Shown piece by piece: positions 11,603 through 25,500 of a DNA stretch of 64,000 nt. The stretch is from assembly GCF_963921235.1 (NCBI RefSeq), contig NC_086107.1:102488001-102552000 (forward strand), given 5' to 3'. The notes below the pieces were generated by a model. The model was given only the letters and a program-made list of their open reading frames with translations. It searched no databases and was not told the DNA's origin. The translations under genes and the position numbers were made by a program. Source of the DNA: Mobula hypostoma. Lineage: Eukaryota. Numbering within the stretch: the first letter of the stretch is position 1; each line of letters opens with the position of its first letter.

Positions 11603-14600
11603 GGGTTCCTGAATTAGCTATACCTGGTGAGATTGTGGACTGACAGAGATAGTGCATTGAATCCATCAGTAAAGCCACAACTTCCATGTTTGACAGTGCA
11701 CACACAATCGTCTGTTCCCACTTCTGATTCTGATCGGTCCTATCAACAAGAAGCACAAAGGTCTGACCCGAGGTTACACAAGGTGCCGAGGGTGGTGAAC
11801 AGATTTATGGGGGAGAAGGAGGCTGCAGGTACACAAGGCCACATGCTGGCAAAAGTACTTCTTCCTCTTGGAAAAATAATCCACTGCCCGGGCAGCTGTC
11901 ATTAACAGAAACAAATCTCGGCTGCTGTTTTATGGTCGGGCTTTATAAGCAGAAGAAATTTCATTTGGGCATTGGTCAAAATAGGTTGTTTTAATGTCTG
12001 CACAAAACTAGTTCAAACCCATCCCAACTTCAGAGTTTATCAGCATCCAGTGGTTATGTATCTCCCCCACAGTTGTTTTCCTCACACCCTTCTCACTTAG
12101 ACAGAGGTGCTGGCTGTGTAAACATTCTTCAGGCTGTGAAATTTAAACCACAGTGCACTTTACCCTGTGTTAATGACCTGACCAATCGCATTTCACAGTT
12201 TAACTCTCCCTTCCTGTCACAGGCGGCAGCCAATCGAATATGGATTATTTGTCTTTGCGAAAAGGAAGGTTGGCATGGCAACTGTTGCTGGCAATGGTAA
12301 GCAAAGCTCAAACAGCAAAACAAAGCCATTAAAAATTAAAGTCCTGTCCAGGAGTGCATGACAGTTGGGATGCTAAAACAATCCCATTCACTGGGGCCTT
12401 GGTTTCTGCACTCTTTTCTCACTCACCTGGGCCCGGTTCCCTTGATCCCTTCGAACATACCTGGACAATTTACTAACGAATTGTATGACATCTAAAGGAT
12501 CAAGAATCGACTTTATTCACCATAACCCCTGTTAATAATTTGCTGTGGTGTGTTGGTCGGGGCACGATATCGAACAAAAAACAACAACATTCAACAATAA
12601 TAAAGTATAAAGAATTATATATAAAAAGTTTGAGGTTAAAGTACAGATATGGAATAAAATGTGCATAAATACTAGCATGCATTTACAATTAAAAAAACGT
12701 CAATTAAAGAGAAATAAATAATATCTGAAAAGTCTGGAAAGTCTATTAATCTGTCACACTAAACTCCCAAATGTGCTGGATTGTTGGAATCTCCTGGTCT
12801 TTCATAATAACCCTGGAAAATGTTTCCTTCTTCGGTATTTAGCAATTCCCTTTTGAAAGTTACACTAATTCTGTTTCCCTGTCCTATGGGACAATGCATT
12901 CCAGCTCAAATCAAGTGTCAGCAAGTTTAAAATATTCCCGAAGACTGGGGTTTTCTCGTCCATGTTTTTTTTAACGTTGACCCTTCTAATACTGCAAGTA
13001 ACTTATTAATCTTTTTAAAAAAAAATCCCTCCAAGAGTTTGAGCCCTCTATGAAAGTTTTCCTTGAATGAAATCATTCGATTGGTTGCATCACGGCCTGT
13101 ATGCTCCAATGCACAGAAGCACACGAGGCTACGGAGAATGGTGCACTCAGCCTCTTCTGTTGTGGGTACGGCTCTGCCCGTCATCTAGGGTACCCACACA
13201 GAAGCAATGTCTCAGGAAGGTGGTATCCATTTCCACCATCAGGACCCTGTCCTCTTCTCATTGCTGCCATCAGGCAGGAGGCACAGCAGCCCGAAGACCT
13301 TAGAGTGCAACAGCATCTCCTTCCCTCTGCCCCCAGCTTGTGGACCTGGCCCAAGAAACTCTAATTTTACCTTGGATTATACTTCCCTCAAGTTGCACTA
13401 ATGTCATTTTATATATATTTTGTCAATTTAAATATATGTAATTTATGTTTGTGGGGTTTGTAATGTACTGTGCTGCTGCTGCTGCAGCAAAAAAGCACAT
13501 TTTCTGGCATTTATGCCCCAGGTGTATATGCCCATGACAATAAACTTGAACCTCAACTTGAACGTAAAATGTTCTACTCTGAGAAAAAGGATCCTACCTT
13601 TCCCTGTCTCTGCAGGTAATTGAGGTCTTTCCTCCCTGCAGCAACTTGACCAAATTTCTGTTTCACTCTCTTGTAGGTCTGGACATACTTTCTAAAAGTT
13701 TGTGGTCAGAAATGTAGCTGGGTTTAAGCTGTGATTTATACCCAAGAAGCAGTGTTTTCTAACCAATATCAGTATTTTTTTTGGGAAATCCAATACAGTA
13801 CAAGCACCTTAAGCACCAAACAAAAAGGTGCAATCAAATTTCTAGGCACAGGGAGCTTTCATTACTCAGCTACAGGGAAACACCAAGAATTTCAGGCCCA
13901 TTTCAAGGTACACAATAAACCCCACATGTAGATTTTAAATCACAATACAAGAATGCAGGAGCAGGAAGAGGCCTTCAGGCCCCTTGAACATGACCCGACA
14001 TTCAGGACGATCACAGCTGATCTCAGTATCAGATTCAGATTTTATTTATCACGTGTACATCAAAACATGCATTGAAATATGTTGCTTGTGCTAACAACCA
14101 ACATATTCAAGGGTGTGCTAAATGTCGCCACACATTCCGGTGCCAACATTGCATGCACTCCATGTTCAGCAGAACAACACAGAACACAACAAGCTGCAGA
14201 GCAATACCAGCAAAACAAGCCCCTTTCCTCTTTCCTATCCACCAACACACAGAGACCTCTAACCCCAGCACAGACCATCTTTGGCCTCCAACCTCCAGCA
14301 GACATGATCTGTGCCGGCCTCAACTACTCTTTGGAATCGGAATCAGGTTTAATATCACATGGCATATCTTGTGAAATGTGTTGCTATGTGACAGCAGTAC
14401 TTTACAACAACTGTTCCAATCATTAGCCTTCAATTTTTAATCTTTCAAATATATATCTATCTGCACCTGGAATCTACAGTAGTTGGCCTCGACCTTGTCT
14501 TCTTGTGACTATTGTCCCCTTTGTCACTCTGCCACCAGTGGAGACATCTCAACGTCTGTCATGTCAAGCCCCATTAGGGCCTTACCTGTTTGAATAAGGT

Positions 14601-14616
14601 CACTCCTCACCCTTAC

Positions 14617-16296
14617 CTGCTCCAAACCCATGTCATTCAGCCATAGATGTTGGAGAGACCCTGCCATTGGCAGGAAGGCGCCACTCCCGATCTGCTTAAT
14701 GGGATTGCTGGATAGTTTCAGTTCATTCAAGGCAGACAACTTCATCAGCGCGACGGTGGGAACTGCCGTCAGCTTATTCTCATCCAAGAACAGCTTCTGA
14801 AGCTGAACCATGGGGTGGAGAGCAGTTGGGGAAATGTAGGTGAGGTTGCTGCCGTTCAGGTAGAGCCATCGTAGCTTCTCTGCCCCTTGCATGTTCTCGT
14901 CAGTCAGCTGAGGGACGGGATTGTACTCGAGGTGAAGAGCAAAGAGGCCGGGCAGGAGCCTGAATGCACCCTTGGGTATCGATGACAGCTCGTTATGGTC
15001 CAGATAAAGGTACGTCAGCTTGGGAAGTCCTTCAAAGGTTTCCGGCTGGAGACTGGTAATCTCGTTAGAAGACAGGTACAGGTAAATGAGCTTCTTCAGA
15101 CCAAGGAACGCGCCGGCGTGAATCTCGTGAATTCTGCAGTTCTGTAAGTGAAGGGAAACGAGCTGCTTCATGTCCGGGAAGGAGGCCTTGGGCACGAGGT
15201 GGAAGTCATTGTAGCGCATGTCCAGAAGGTGAGTGTCAGTGGGAAAGCCCCTTGGGATCCTGCGTAAACCCTTCCCCTCACAGCTGGCGTGCTGCAGGTC
15301 ATGCTTGCAGATGCAGTGGTCTGGACATGGGCCACTGTCCTGATTATTTGCTGCAGGCTTGTTCGCCTGGGTGAGTTCCTCCTCCTCCTTAGGGTCTACC
15401 GGTCGGCTGTCACACCTCAGGTCATCTGGGCGCAGAGAATCCAGCCTATCCCCTTCGTACAGTCCCGGGGCACCGCAGAACACTGCGGCTTTCAGCTTCG
15501 TGTGGTTGGCCATCCATTCCCTGAAAGGTCTCATGAAGCAGTTGCACTGGACCGGGTTGCCCGTTAGGTTGAGCACCCTCAAGGACTCGAGCCCGACCAG
15601 GGGCTGGATCTTCTGGAGCTGGTTGTTGTGTAAGTCGATAACTGATAACATTGGGCTGTGCTGAAATGCAGTGTGAGACACATCCTGAAGGGCCATGTTG
15701 TCCATCGTCAGGTGTTTCAGCGAACGCATCCGCAGTGATTCTTCACCAAGGTAGGTCATTGGATTCTGGCTGAGATCCAATCTGGTCACAGTCGTGAGCC
15801 TGGATAATGCTTCTGTTGGCAAAAACTGCAGCTCGTTTTTGTCCAGGTTCAGTCTCTTTAGTGTCCATAGGCCAGCGAAGGCTTCATCTGCAATATTGTT
15901 GATCATATTCTTGGACAAGCGCATGTACTTAATCTGCTGGAGACCTTGGAAGAGCAAAGGAGGCAAGTAGACCAAGAAGTTCCCTTCCAGGTTTAAAAAG
16001 TTTAGAAATCCCAGTTGAGCAAATGCGCCGGGTTTGATCTCCTCGATCATGTTGTTGTCGATGATGAGTTGTTGCAGAGAGAAGAGCCCATCAAAGGTCT
16101 CCTGGTAGATGAATTCTATGTAATTGGACCCCAGATTGAGAGTGACCAATCGGCCAAGGCCACGGAAAGCACCTTCTTGAAGCTGCTTGATCTTACACTT
16201 CTGGAGGTTGAGGTGAGTAAGGTAGGGAATAGGAAGGAATGCCCCAGTTGGAACTTTTTCAATGTTGTTCCCTCTGATGTCAAGCTGCTTAGTACC
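14617..16296 (-). CDS. CHADL: CHADL large coding exon 2 (LRR block 1, LRRCT, linker, second LRRNT, LRR block 2)
   Basis: tctattttgcag|GGT at 16296, GAGCAG|gtaagg at 14617; 1680 nt, within the 598-aa ORF; GNPVQCNC..FCGAP LRRCT, then CPDHCICKHDLQHASC and the chondroadherin-like LVSLHLQNCRIHEIHAGAFLGLKKLIYLYLS. Confidence 0.95.
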
Positions 16297-16419
16297 CTGC
16301 AAAATAGACAGAAGTGTCACCTACTTTCTTAGACTTATATTTTATTTATCTTCTTCATTATACGCCGTGTCATATGATGTGGCAATCACGGTCTATTTGA
16401 CCATGCTTGTTCTTGGCAA

Positions 16420-16777
16420 CTTCCAAGAGGACCACAACCTTGTCGAAGGGTTTGGAGGTTTGTGTGCCTCAATGACCTGGAGAGCTACATTGGCTGGAGT
16501 CAGGGCTTTATTGCTTTGGCTCTTGGTAGGGTCACCCATGCCAAACAGGTCAAAGGGTGGGGGACAGACGAAGAGTAGTCCTCCAGTCCTCCAGGTTCGG
16601 GGGTTCAGCTCAGGGCTAATAACCTTGACAGTTCAAACAAAACTATTATGGAAACAGCAATGAAGAATCTGTGTGCTGACAGCAGCTACTGGAACGATGA
16701 AGGAAGCCCTGAACACTGTCAAGGAGATGGAGTATCTTCGTTGCTGCCCTAAACACAAGCAGGAGGAAAGGGCAATA
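16420..16777 (+). mobile_element. Internally deleted (bipartite) RTE element inserted into an older minus-strand repeat
   Basis: 12-bp TSD TGTTCTTGGCAA (16408-16419 / 16778-16789); RTE-like 5' UTR joined to an RTE-like ORF end (WSIFVAALNTSRRKGQ). Confidence 0.7.
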
Positions 16778-16965
16778 TGTTCTTGGCAAATTTTTCTATA
16801 GAAGTGGTTTGCCATTGCCTTCTTCTGGACAGTGTCTTTTATCTATTTATCTATTATCCCCCTTAAGTAGCATTAGTGGACCACATCCCATTCCCAAGAG
16901 GGGCATAGATAAGGGGAATGCACACGGGGATAGGGGAGCAAACACTAGAGGGCCAAGGTTTAAGG

Positions 16966-17045
16966 CTGGGCTTCCCAATCTTTTTTATGCCATGGACCAA
17001 TATCATTAAGCAAGTGGTCAGTGGACCCCAGGTTGGGAACCCTTG
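16966..17045. mobile_element. 80-bp hAT (Charlie-type) MITE
   Basis: TIRs CTGGGCTTCCCAA / TTGGGAACCCTTG; perfect 8-bp TSD GTTTAAGG. Confidence 0.85.
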
Positions 17046-18826
17046 GTTTAAGGTGAGAAGGGAAAGATTTAAAAAGTGCTTGAGGTTGGACTGTAAGTTG
17101 ATACTGCTCCTACAACATAGAAACGGGCCCTTCAGCCCACCATGTCGATGCTGGAATCCCATTTTTCTCTCCCAACATTTGGATCAAGTACCCCCTAGAT
17201 TTTACCCACAGTCCACACACTAGGGACCATTTTCTATATCTGAGGTGTGGACCACAAAAACCGACTGAGGGTGCGGTTCAGGTCACCACCTGACCAGGTT
17301 AGAGTCTTTGGCTGTCTTAAAGGAGAAAGAGACCAGAGTGAGATTTAGAGAAGGGAGAAAGGAAGAGCTGTTTTCAACTCATTGATTTGAAGAGGCTTTG
17401 GGAGGGTTGCTTCAGTGTGTGAGGAAGACGAGTAGGGTTGAGGATACTAACGTCTTCAATGGTTTCAGCCCAGTTAGGAGTCGTTGCCTCAGCAATGGTC
17501 TTCCCATTACTTGGCCACTCTTCCCAATGGGTGTTAGAAAATGCTGGTAAAACTGCCCTTCAGTTCACTTCCTCTGCATCTGATTGTGCATCACCCTTTC
17601 CTGAAGAGAGAGGAAAGAATGTAGTGATATTGGGCCATCCATTTGGACGCTGGTAGCCATCTCCGGATTTGTCATTTGGATGCCCCCTGTCTCTGAGCAT
17701 TGTTTTGCGGCCCACTTTCACTAGCAAGGCCTCAGTGCAATGACTGATAGAATTGGTCAATTGAACTCAATAGAATGAACTTTGAGGTAAAAGGAGTGTT
17801 CGCTCATTGGGAACCTGCTGAAGGGCAGAGAATGAAAGACAGATCTCCCCATTGTAAAAACATAACAAGCAGTGGTAACTAACAGAGAACGTAACGATGG
17901 CCGGGCACACAGCAGGTAAAAATTAAACCACAGAACTGTCCAGTGATTTTACAATCATAGAGTCAAAGAGAGAACAGGCACAGAAACAGGCCCTTCAGCC
18001 CTCTGGATTCTTGCTGACAAAAAACAATACAGACGTAATCTGAAACTAATCCCACTGGAAATAACTTGGAAATTGTGTAGCTCGGGTGGTAGATGCTTGG
18101 GCTGAGTTGTTCTCCGATCTTGGCAATCTACTCGCACGGTGACAAAACGTTTGCAAATAAATTGCCAAGATCGGGGAACGTCAACCCAACTGCTAATCTT
18201 ATTTTTTATCCTCCCCACATCCCCATCAACTCCCCGCAGATTCTATAACTCACCTACACACTATAGGCAATTTACAGTGGCCAATCAACCTATTAACTTG
18301 CCTGTCTTTGGGATGTGGGAGGAAACCAGAGCACCCCGAGGAAACCTGCACGGTCACAAGGAGAACTTGAAACCTCCACTCGGAGAGCACCGGAGGTCAG
18401 GATTGAATCCAGGTCTCTGTAACTAACTGGGCTCCTGTAAATTGGGCCTACTGTGTGTTAGGATCTGGTTGGCATCTGACAGGAATGTGGTGAGGATAAA
18501 AGGGAGGTTAGTGTAGGATAAATGTAAATGGGGAGGTGGTCAGCACCGACTCAGTAGGCCAAAGAGATTGTTAATGTGCTGATCTCTCTGCAACTCTAAG
18601 ATGTTTGACATTCTTCCCCATTTTCACTTCAAAGCAATAATTTTGTTCCATATGTCTTCATTACTCCAAACACATTGTCCGGCCTGCTGAGTGAATCCAA
18701 CATTACTGCTTTGATTTCAACCTTAGCTTGCTGACTACTGCCCCCTGGCCCTTGGGAGCAGAGCTGCCAGAATTGGGAAAAACGGCACCCGCTTTTGATC
18801 CCTGCTGGTTCTGTAAGGTTGCAGAC

Positions 18827-19006
18827 CTCTGGTATGGTGACGGGGATCTCCGTGAGCTGTTTCTTTATGCAGGTCACCACGCCCTGGATGTTGTCACAGA
18901 TGCAATAGGAGGGGCAGGCTGCTGTTCCCACTGCAAGAGCGGAAAGTATGGCCAACAGAGTCCAGTGTGGAGGAGCCTGGTTCTTACTGGGACACCGAGA
19001 AGGCAT
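18827..19006 (-). CDS. CHADL: CHADL first identifiable coding exon (signal peptide plus LRRNT)
   Basis: ttatttttgcag|ATG at 19006; MPSRCPSKNQAPPHWTLLAILSALAVGTAACPSYCICDNIQGVVTC...TIPE|gtctgc; 180 nt, phase 0. The four exons sum to 756 codons including the stop. Confidence 0.9.
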
Positions 19007-19052
19007 CTGCAAAAATAAAAACATCACATAGTGTAGCTAAAATAGGAGATAA

Positions 19053-19440
19053 AAGACCACAAGACATAGGAGCAGAATTAGGCCATTCAGCCCATCGGGT
19101 CTTCTCTACTATTCATTCATGACTGATTTATTATCCCTCTCAACTTCATTCTCCTGTCTTCTCTTTGTAACCTTCGATCCCCTGACTAATAAAGAACTTA
19201 TCAACCTTGGCTTTAAATATACCCAATGACTTGGCCTCTGCAGTCTTCTGCGGCAATGAATTCCACAGATTCACCACCTTTTGGCTGAAGAAATTCCTCC
19301 TCATCTCTGTTCTCTAGTCTGAGACTGTGTAACCTGGTCCAAGACTCCCCCACGATATGAAACATCCTCTCCACATCTAGACCTTTCAATATTCGATATG
19401 TTTCAGTGAGATCACCCGACATTCTTCTAAATTCCAGTGA
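19053..19440 (-). mobile_element. CR1 LINE 3' fragment; further CR1 fragments at about 22880-23240(+), 27625-27915(-), 28850-29445(+), 37870-38450(-), 38560-38890(+), 46886-47225(-), 59215-59640(+)
   Basis: GDLTETYRILKGLD..RMF..GES motifs and the shared CR1 3' tail; ORF 37896-38525 LVRPHLEYCWQFW..RGDLIETFRMLKG. Confidence 0.85.
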
Positions 19441-19565
19441 GAAAATTTATGTCAAGAAGTTTATTTTTTAATTAATAAAAATGCAAGGGATATATTACTT
19501 CATTTAAAAATGTATCATTAGGATAGGTTGCTTTCTATGGTGCTTCTGTAAAAATGTTTCTACAG

Positions 19566-19647
19566 CAGGGGTTCCAAACCTTTTTTTTATGTCATGGATC
19601 AATACCATTAAGCAAGGGGTCGATGGACCCCAGGTTGGTAACCCCTG
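19566..19647. mobile_element. Second copy of the ~80-bp hAT MITE
   Basis: CAGGGGTTCCAAACC ... GGTTGGTAACCCCTG; TSD TTCTACAG / TTCCACAG. Confidence 0.85.
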
Positions 19648-22600
19648 TTCCACAGATATGTACATCATATCTGGATGCATCAGAGCCTGGAGTAGCAACT
19701 GCTCTGCCCAAGATTATAAGAAACACGAAAGTTGTGAATGCAGACCATAAATCAGCATCCCTCCACTGACTCTGTCTACACTTCACATTGCCCCTGGAAG
19801 GTAACCAAGACAATGAAGGACCTCTCCCACGCCGGCCTAGGCTTGAGTCGACGTAGTAGTAGTCTCCCACCCCAGTCATTCTCTCTTTTCTCATCTCCCA
19901 TCAGACAGAAGATACAAAAGCTTAGAAGTACATGCCACAAGACTCAAGGACAACTTCTATCTCACTGTTATCAGACTCCCACAGGCTAAAGATGAAATCT
20001 TGATCTTCCAACCTACCAGGTCATTGTCCTTGCACTTGTCTCCCTGCAGCATGCTTTCTACATTCTGTTACTGCAAAGTCACAGTTGTGTTTATTGCACC
20101 GTACACAAGTGTGTACATGCACAGGTGCAATGAAAGCTTTTCTAGCAGCAGTGTCACAGGTCATGATGTGTGCTGGCAATTACTGAAACCAAAATGCGGA
20201 GGAAAGACGGACTCCCCTGGAGAGATGGCAACCAGGGTTACTTAATTAGAATTCCAACAAAGCATCAGTGGCCGGCCGAGCAACACCATGAGTCGTAACA
20301 TTCTCAAAGCTAGGACCCTGTGATATTTGCTAATCAGGCATTTGCTTAAATAATGGCAGTACACAGAAAACTCACGCAGACAAAATAAACTTAACAAGAT
20401 TAGATAGAAAGCTCCAGGCATTACCGACTCTCACTGAATCAACAATTAATAAATTCAGGTGCTCTATAAACCTCGGAGCCCAGCGCTCTCCAGACAGGCC
20501 TGAAGAGCTCATGACAATAGCGCTCTCCAGACAGGCCTGAAGAGCTCGTAACAATAGCTTCAAGTAAGCAGCATTCACCAGATAAACATTTAGAACCAAA
20601 AAAAAACCCCTCTATTTTAGATGCTGGTTAACAGAGTCTCATAGCATTGCCAAACTGTGGTTGTGATTAGAGCTTTGATGGCTGAAGGGAAATAGGTGTT
20701 CTTGTTCTTCTGGACTTCAGGATTCTGTACCTTCTGCCCCATGGTAGCTGAGAAAAGATAGAGTGGCCTGAATGGGGAGATATTTGATGATGGATGTTGC
20801 TTCTAGGAGCAATGTCTCATGTAGATACTACTAATAATGGGAGGGGTGAGTCCATGATGTGCTGGCAGGATCCACTGCTCTCTACAGCTTATGGTTTGTG
20901 TATTCGAATTTCCATATCACACCATGACATGACCGGTCAGAACAATTTCAACAGTATTTCGGTAGAGGGTTGTTAGAAGGTTTGGTGACAGGCTGAGCCT
21001 CCTCAATCTCCTAAGAAAGTAGATACTGGCATGCCTTCCTTGATCAGCATCTCTGAGCTGAATTTAGGAAAATCGTGTGATATGTACTACCTCAAAGTAC
21101 TTATCTTTGATACAATCTGTCTGGGTGAAACCCAGAGGTTTTTCCACTGGATCTCAGTACACTTGACAATAAACCAATAACAAAAATAGTATCTGTTAAA
21201 AGCTGACACTTTATAAGGGAAAACAAGGAAATCCAAGACTGAGTCACTGTGACATTGGTTGACCTTAGTTGAACAATGACAGAGACAGTTTCATTGCCTG
21301 AATGGCTATTGCTTTACAGAAAAAAAAGAGTGCATTTACCTACTAATGCGTGGAAAGAGGCCAATCAGCCCATCAGGTCTATGTCAGACCCTAAAAGAGC
21401 AATCTCATCAGGCCCATTTCCCTGCACCCCTGCAACGTTTTCTCTCTTGTAGGCCCATCTATTCTCCTTTGATTCTATTTTTTGCCATTTGCTGACAGAA
21501 AAGGGTAATTTACAGCAGTAGCTAACACCCCCCCCCCTCCCCTACATGTCAGTGGGACATGGAAGGAAACCCTCGGCGTCACAGGGAGAACATGCAAGCT
21601 CCATATGAACAGCTTCAGAGGTCAGGGTCAAACTCGGCTCTATTTAGTGTTTGAGAAACTGTGCGGAGGGTGGGTGTGGTCATCATATCAGGACTGAGTA
21701 CAGCTCTCAGCTAGATCCATACTGAATCTGGCAGCAGTGAGGCAGCAGCTTTGCTCTCTGTCCTACTGTGCCATCTCATTAGCAAGCAGAATTCTCCCTT
21801 ATCTTCAGTTTGAGCTGTACTCAGCCCTGTTATGATGGCTGGTGCCCTCCCAACCCTCCCAAGGGTTCTGAAACACAGAACTCCCAAGCCCCACTGGAAT
21901 CACAATGGAACAAGAGGGAAGCTGAGAATTTCCTGGATTGCTTGTTCTGGGATCGGTCACCCCACAGCCACAGAGGGGCCAGGACAATAGGTGAATTGTC
22001 ATCAGAAAGGACAGGAAAAGGCAGGAGAAGCAGGGAATTTTGAGTGTGTGTCTCTCTCCCAAACCCATAAACACTGTGTTTGTGTTCCTTGCCTATAACC
22101 TGACTTACTGAACTCAAATGGATGCCCCAACTTCTTGAGAAATTATAGATTTTAGGACACTGCTGAAAGTAAAATTCAAGGGGCCAAGAAAATAAAGTTT
22201 TAAAAATAATCTTTGAAGATCTTCTACATTTGTCTACAGAGGTGCTGGAGATGGGAACAGGACTGGGTGGGGAATTTGGCTGTGGCAACACATTGGATGA
22301 AACATCCAGGAATATTCTCAGTCAGAAATAGCAACAGATGCATTAACTGAAGAGCAGAAAATCCCAGCTCTTCCTGTGACTTCCCTCAAACACACTCCAG
22401 CCCTGCGGTAAGTTACAGTGTGCGTATTAGATGGAGTGTAAAGGTAAACGGACTGCTGCTTAATTTTGTGATGCAGCCTTATTTGATTCGCTTGCCTCAT
22501 ACTGCAGCCAGTCAGGCACCTGTACTTCTGTGATGTTGTTTATGCTGAGTTACACAGGAAAGAGGTACAGCTGGAAACTTTTAACTGTCAACTTCACTCT

Positions 22601-24899
22601 GGTCTCTGAGACAATGCAACCGCAGAGGCAGAGATGTCTACTCAACCAAGACTTGCTATTGAAAAGAGCGGTGAGGGGCTCTGTACTGCCCAGACTTTGA
22701 ACTTGATTGCAACAGGGTTGCTGACTTGCGATCACCAGCATCTCTTTGCTATCTCCCTTTTCTCTCCTCAGATGTGAGAATGCCTCCCAACCCAGCACAC
22801 ATCTTTCCTGTTAATCCATGTTAGAACTCCACCAATTCTTCAGTTTTGTCTCCGAGAATGATACAACAGTGCTTCTCTAAGTTGGAAATTCATGAGAATG
22901 ATCCTGGAAATGAAAGGGTTAACGTATGAGAAGCATTTGACGGCTCTGGTCCTGTACTCTCTGCAGTTTAGCAGAATAATGGCGGATCCCCTTTAAAACC
23001 TATTGCATATTGAAAGGCCTAGAGTGGACATGGAATGGATGTCTCCAGTAGTGGGAGATTCTAGGACCTGAGGGCACAGCTTCAGTATACAAGGAACAGA
23101 GATGAGGAGGAATTTCTTTAGCAAGAGGGTGGTGAATCTGTGGAACTCATTGCCACAGGCAGCTGTGGAGGATAAGTAATTGGGTCTGTTTAAAGCAGAG
23201 GTTGATAGGTTCTTGATTAGTAACAGTGTTAAGTGTTAGAGCCAGAGCCAGTGACCACCGTGACAGAAAGAGTCCTCCTCACGTGGGTCCAGTCCTGCGA
23301 GCGCGCAGTGCGTCAATATCATCTACTACGACATTTCCACACTTGAGAACAAACTCTGACTGCCTGCCCTATCTTTACCTCTCATAGTTTTATATATTCT
23401 CAGCCTCTCATCCTCCAAATCTCGAGACAAAACAACCCAACCCAAAGTCCAACTTCTCCTTGTAGTTAATCATGTCTAATCTAGATGACATCCTGGTGAA
23501 CCTCTTCTGCACTCAAAGCCTCCACATCCTTCCTGTAATGTGGCAACCAGAACTATACACAATACCCCAAATGGAATCTGTTGTAACATGACAAAGTCAC
23601 CAGAGAGACACTGAAGCTAGTGGATATAGAAATGGTTTTTTTCAGCAAAAATGATCAGGAAGCCTCATATTGAGGAAGAGGCCGCCCGATTCAATCTTAC
23701 ATGACATTTTTATATGCTGAAGATCAAAGGAAACAGCAGGACAATTCTAGAATTATAATATATCTACAATGCTTCCTTTGAATTACATATAGTTTTCAGA
23801 CACCTCCTTCTTTTCATCCACACTCCAGACACTCAAAATGAATGTTAATCAGTATTGTCTGGTTTATAATCAATTCCATTCTACAGCTCCTAGAAAACCA
23901 TTGTTCAGTGCTACATTTTAAATTTAATCTACAATCCATGTTCATGTCTGAAGATTGATCACTCGAGAATACACCCCTAATGGAGCCTAACCAAAGTTTT
24001 ATACAGCCGCAACATGACTTCGCGACTTTTATACTCAACACCACAACAGATGAAGGCAAGTGTGCTACATACCTCTTTAATACCCAGCCCGCTTGTAATG
24101 CCATTTTTAGTGGGCTATGAATTTGTACCCCAAGATCCCTTTGTACATCAAGTTGGTAAGTTAATTGGCTATTTTAAATAACCTTTGGCATATGTGGTTG
24201 GTGGGAGAATTGGAGGTCTGTTAAGAGGCATATGATCAAAAATTGGCCTCAGAGAAATACATGTGGAAATGGGATTGTCCAGAGAACTGGCATAGATCTG
24301 AGGGATCAACTGGCTTCCTATATCATAAAGAAATGAGTAAAAGGTTCTCCTGAATTCCTGACTGGACATATTAGTGACTGCTTTATATTTATCTCTCTTG
24401 GTCGGATCTGCCCAGCAAGTATAAACATCTCTACCACTTATGGAAAACCTCTAGATAATTCTGAAGTCCTCATTAAGGCAATGTTACAATTGAATGTTCA
24501 AAGGTCCAGAGGCCAGTTGGTACACCTTGCATCCTCAGTATACCTAGCCAAGAGTACACTGGATGTCTCAGCTGCATGGGCATCTCTCTACCTCCAGCCA
24601 CTGGGAGCTCAGGAACACTGGAATCTACATTAAAGGAATATGTCTTTCGTTTTCTTCAGATGGCTTTGCCTGTTTCAGCATTGTGGAACTTTAATAGGTA
24701 GATTCTAGGTGTTTTATTTATTGTGGCATGTTTGCCCTTCATTCTAGTCAACTGTGGAAAGAACAGTCCAAGTTCACCTTACTAACTCAGCCAGTAACTA
24801 TTATCCTTGGACCAGAACTCCTGTAGTTTATACAGAAAAAGATTGGTCTTTAGTCACTGGAGGTCATGTAGGATAAACTCTTTCATAATGCCTAAAGCT

Positions 24900-25500
24900 T
24901 CTATAGATTTCTAGTGGAGATTATATTGACTGGTTGCTTCACAGCCTGGTACAGAAACACCAATACCCTTGAATGGAAAATCCTACAAAAAGTTGATTTG
25001 GCCCAGTATTTCATGGGTAAGGCCCTCCCAACCATTGAGCATGTCTACATGAAACACTGTTGCAGGAAAGCAGCATCCATCATCAGGACCACCACCTCCC
25101 GAGACATGCTCTCTTCTCACTGCTGCCATCAGGTAGAAGATACAGGAGCCTCAGGAATCACACCACCAGGTTCAAGAACTGTTATGACCCCTCAGCCATC
25201 AGGCTCTCGAACCAAAGGGGATAACTTCACTCAACTTCACTTACCCCATCACTGAAATGTTCCCACATCTAACTGACTCACTTTCAAGGACTCTTCATCT
25301 CATGTTCTCAATATTTATTTATTATTTCTTCCTTTTGTATTTGTCTTCTGCACTCTGGTTGAAAGCCCTAGTTGGGCAGTCTTTCACTTATTCTGTTATG
25401 GTTATTATTCTATAGGTTTATTGAGTATGCCCACAAGAAAATGAATCTGAAAGTTGTATATGGTGACATATATATACTTTGATAATACATTTACTTTACA
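24900..25500 (+). mobile_element. Rex1/Babar-type LINE 3' fragment; others at about 9580-9750(-), 13075-13560(+), 20640-21080(-), 26020-26620(+), 31500-31850(+), 49690-50155(+), 56230-56530(-)
   Basis: EIILTGCFTAWY..KILQKV..LPTIEH..KAASII; LLPSGRRYRS motifs. Confidence 0.75.

Noticed and set aside
13597..13621. Polypyrimidine-CAG|GTAATT recursive-splice-like motif on the plus strand
   Set aside because: Antisense to CHADL, with no evidence of a plus-strand transcript.
14524..14616. C-terminal extension VRVRSDLIQ... of the 598-aa ORF
   Set aside because: Read-through past the donor at 14617 into intron sequence.
20164..20632. Possible solo LTR with a 38-bp tandem repeat; similar candidates at about 23580-23975 and 34294-34760
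   Set aside because: No convincing TSD or paired termini could be fixed by eye.
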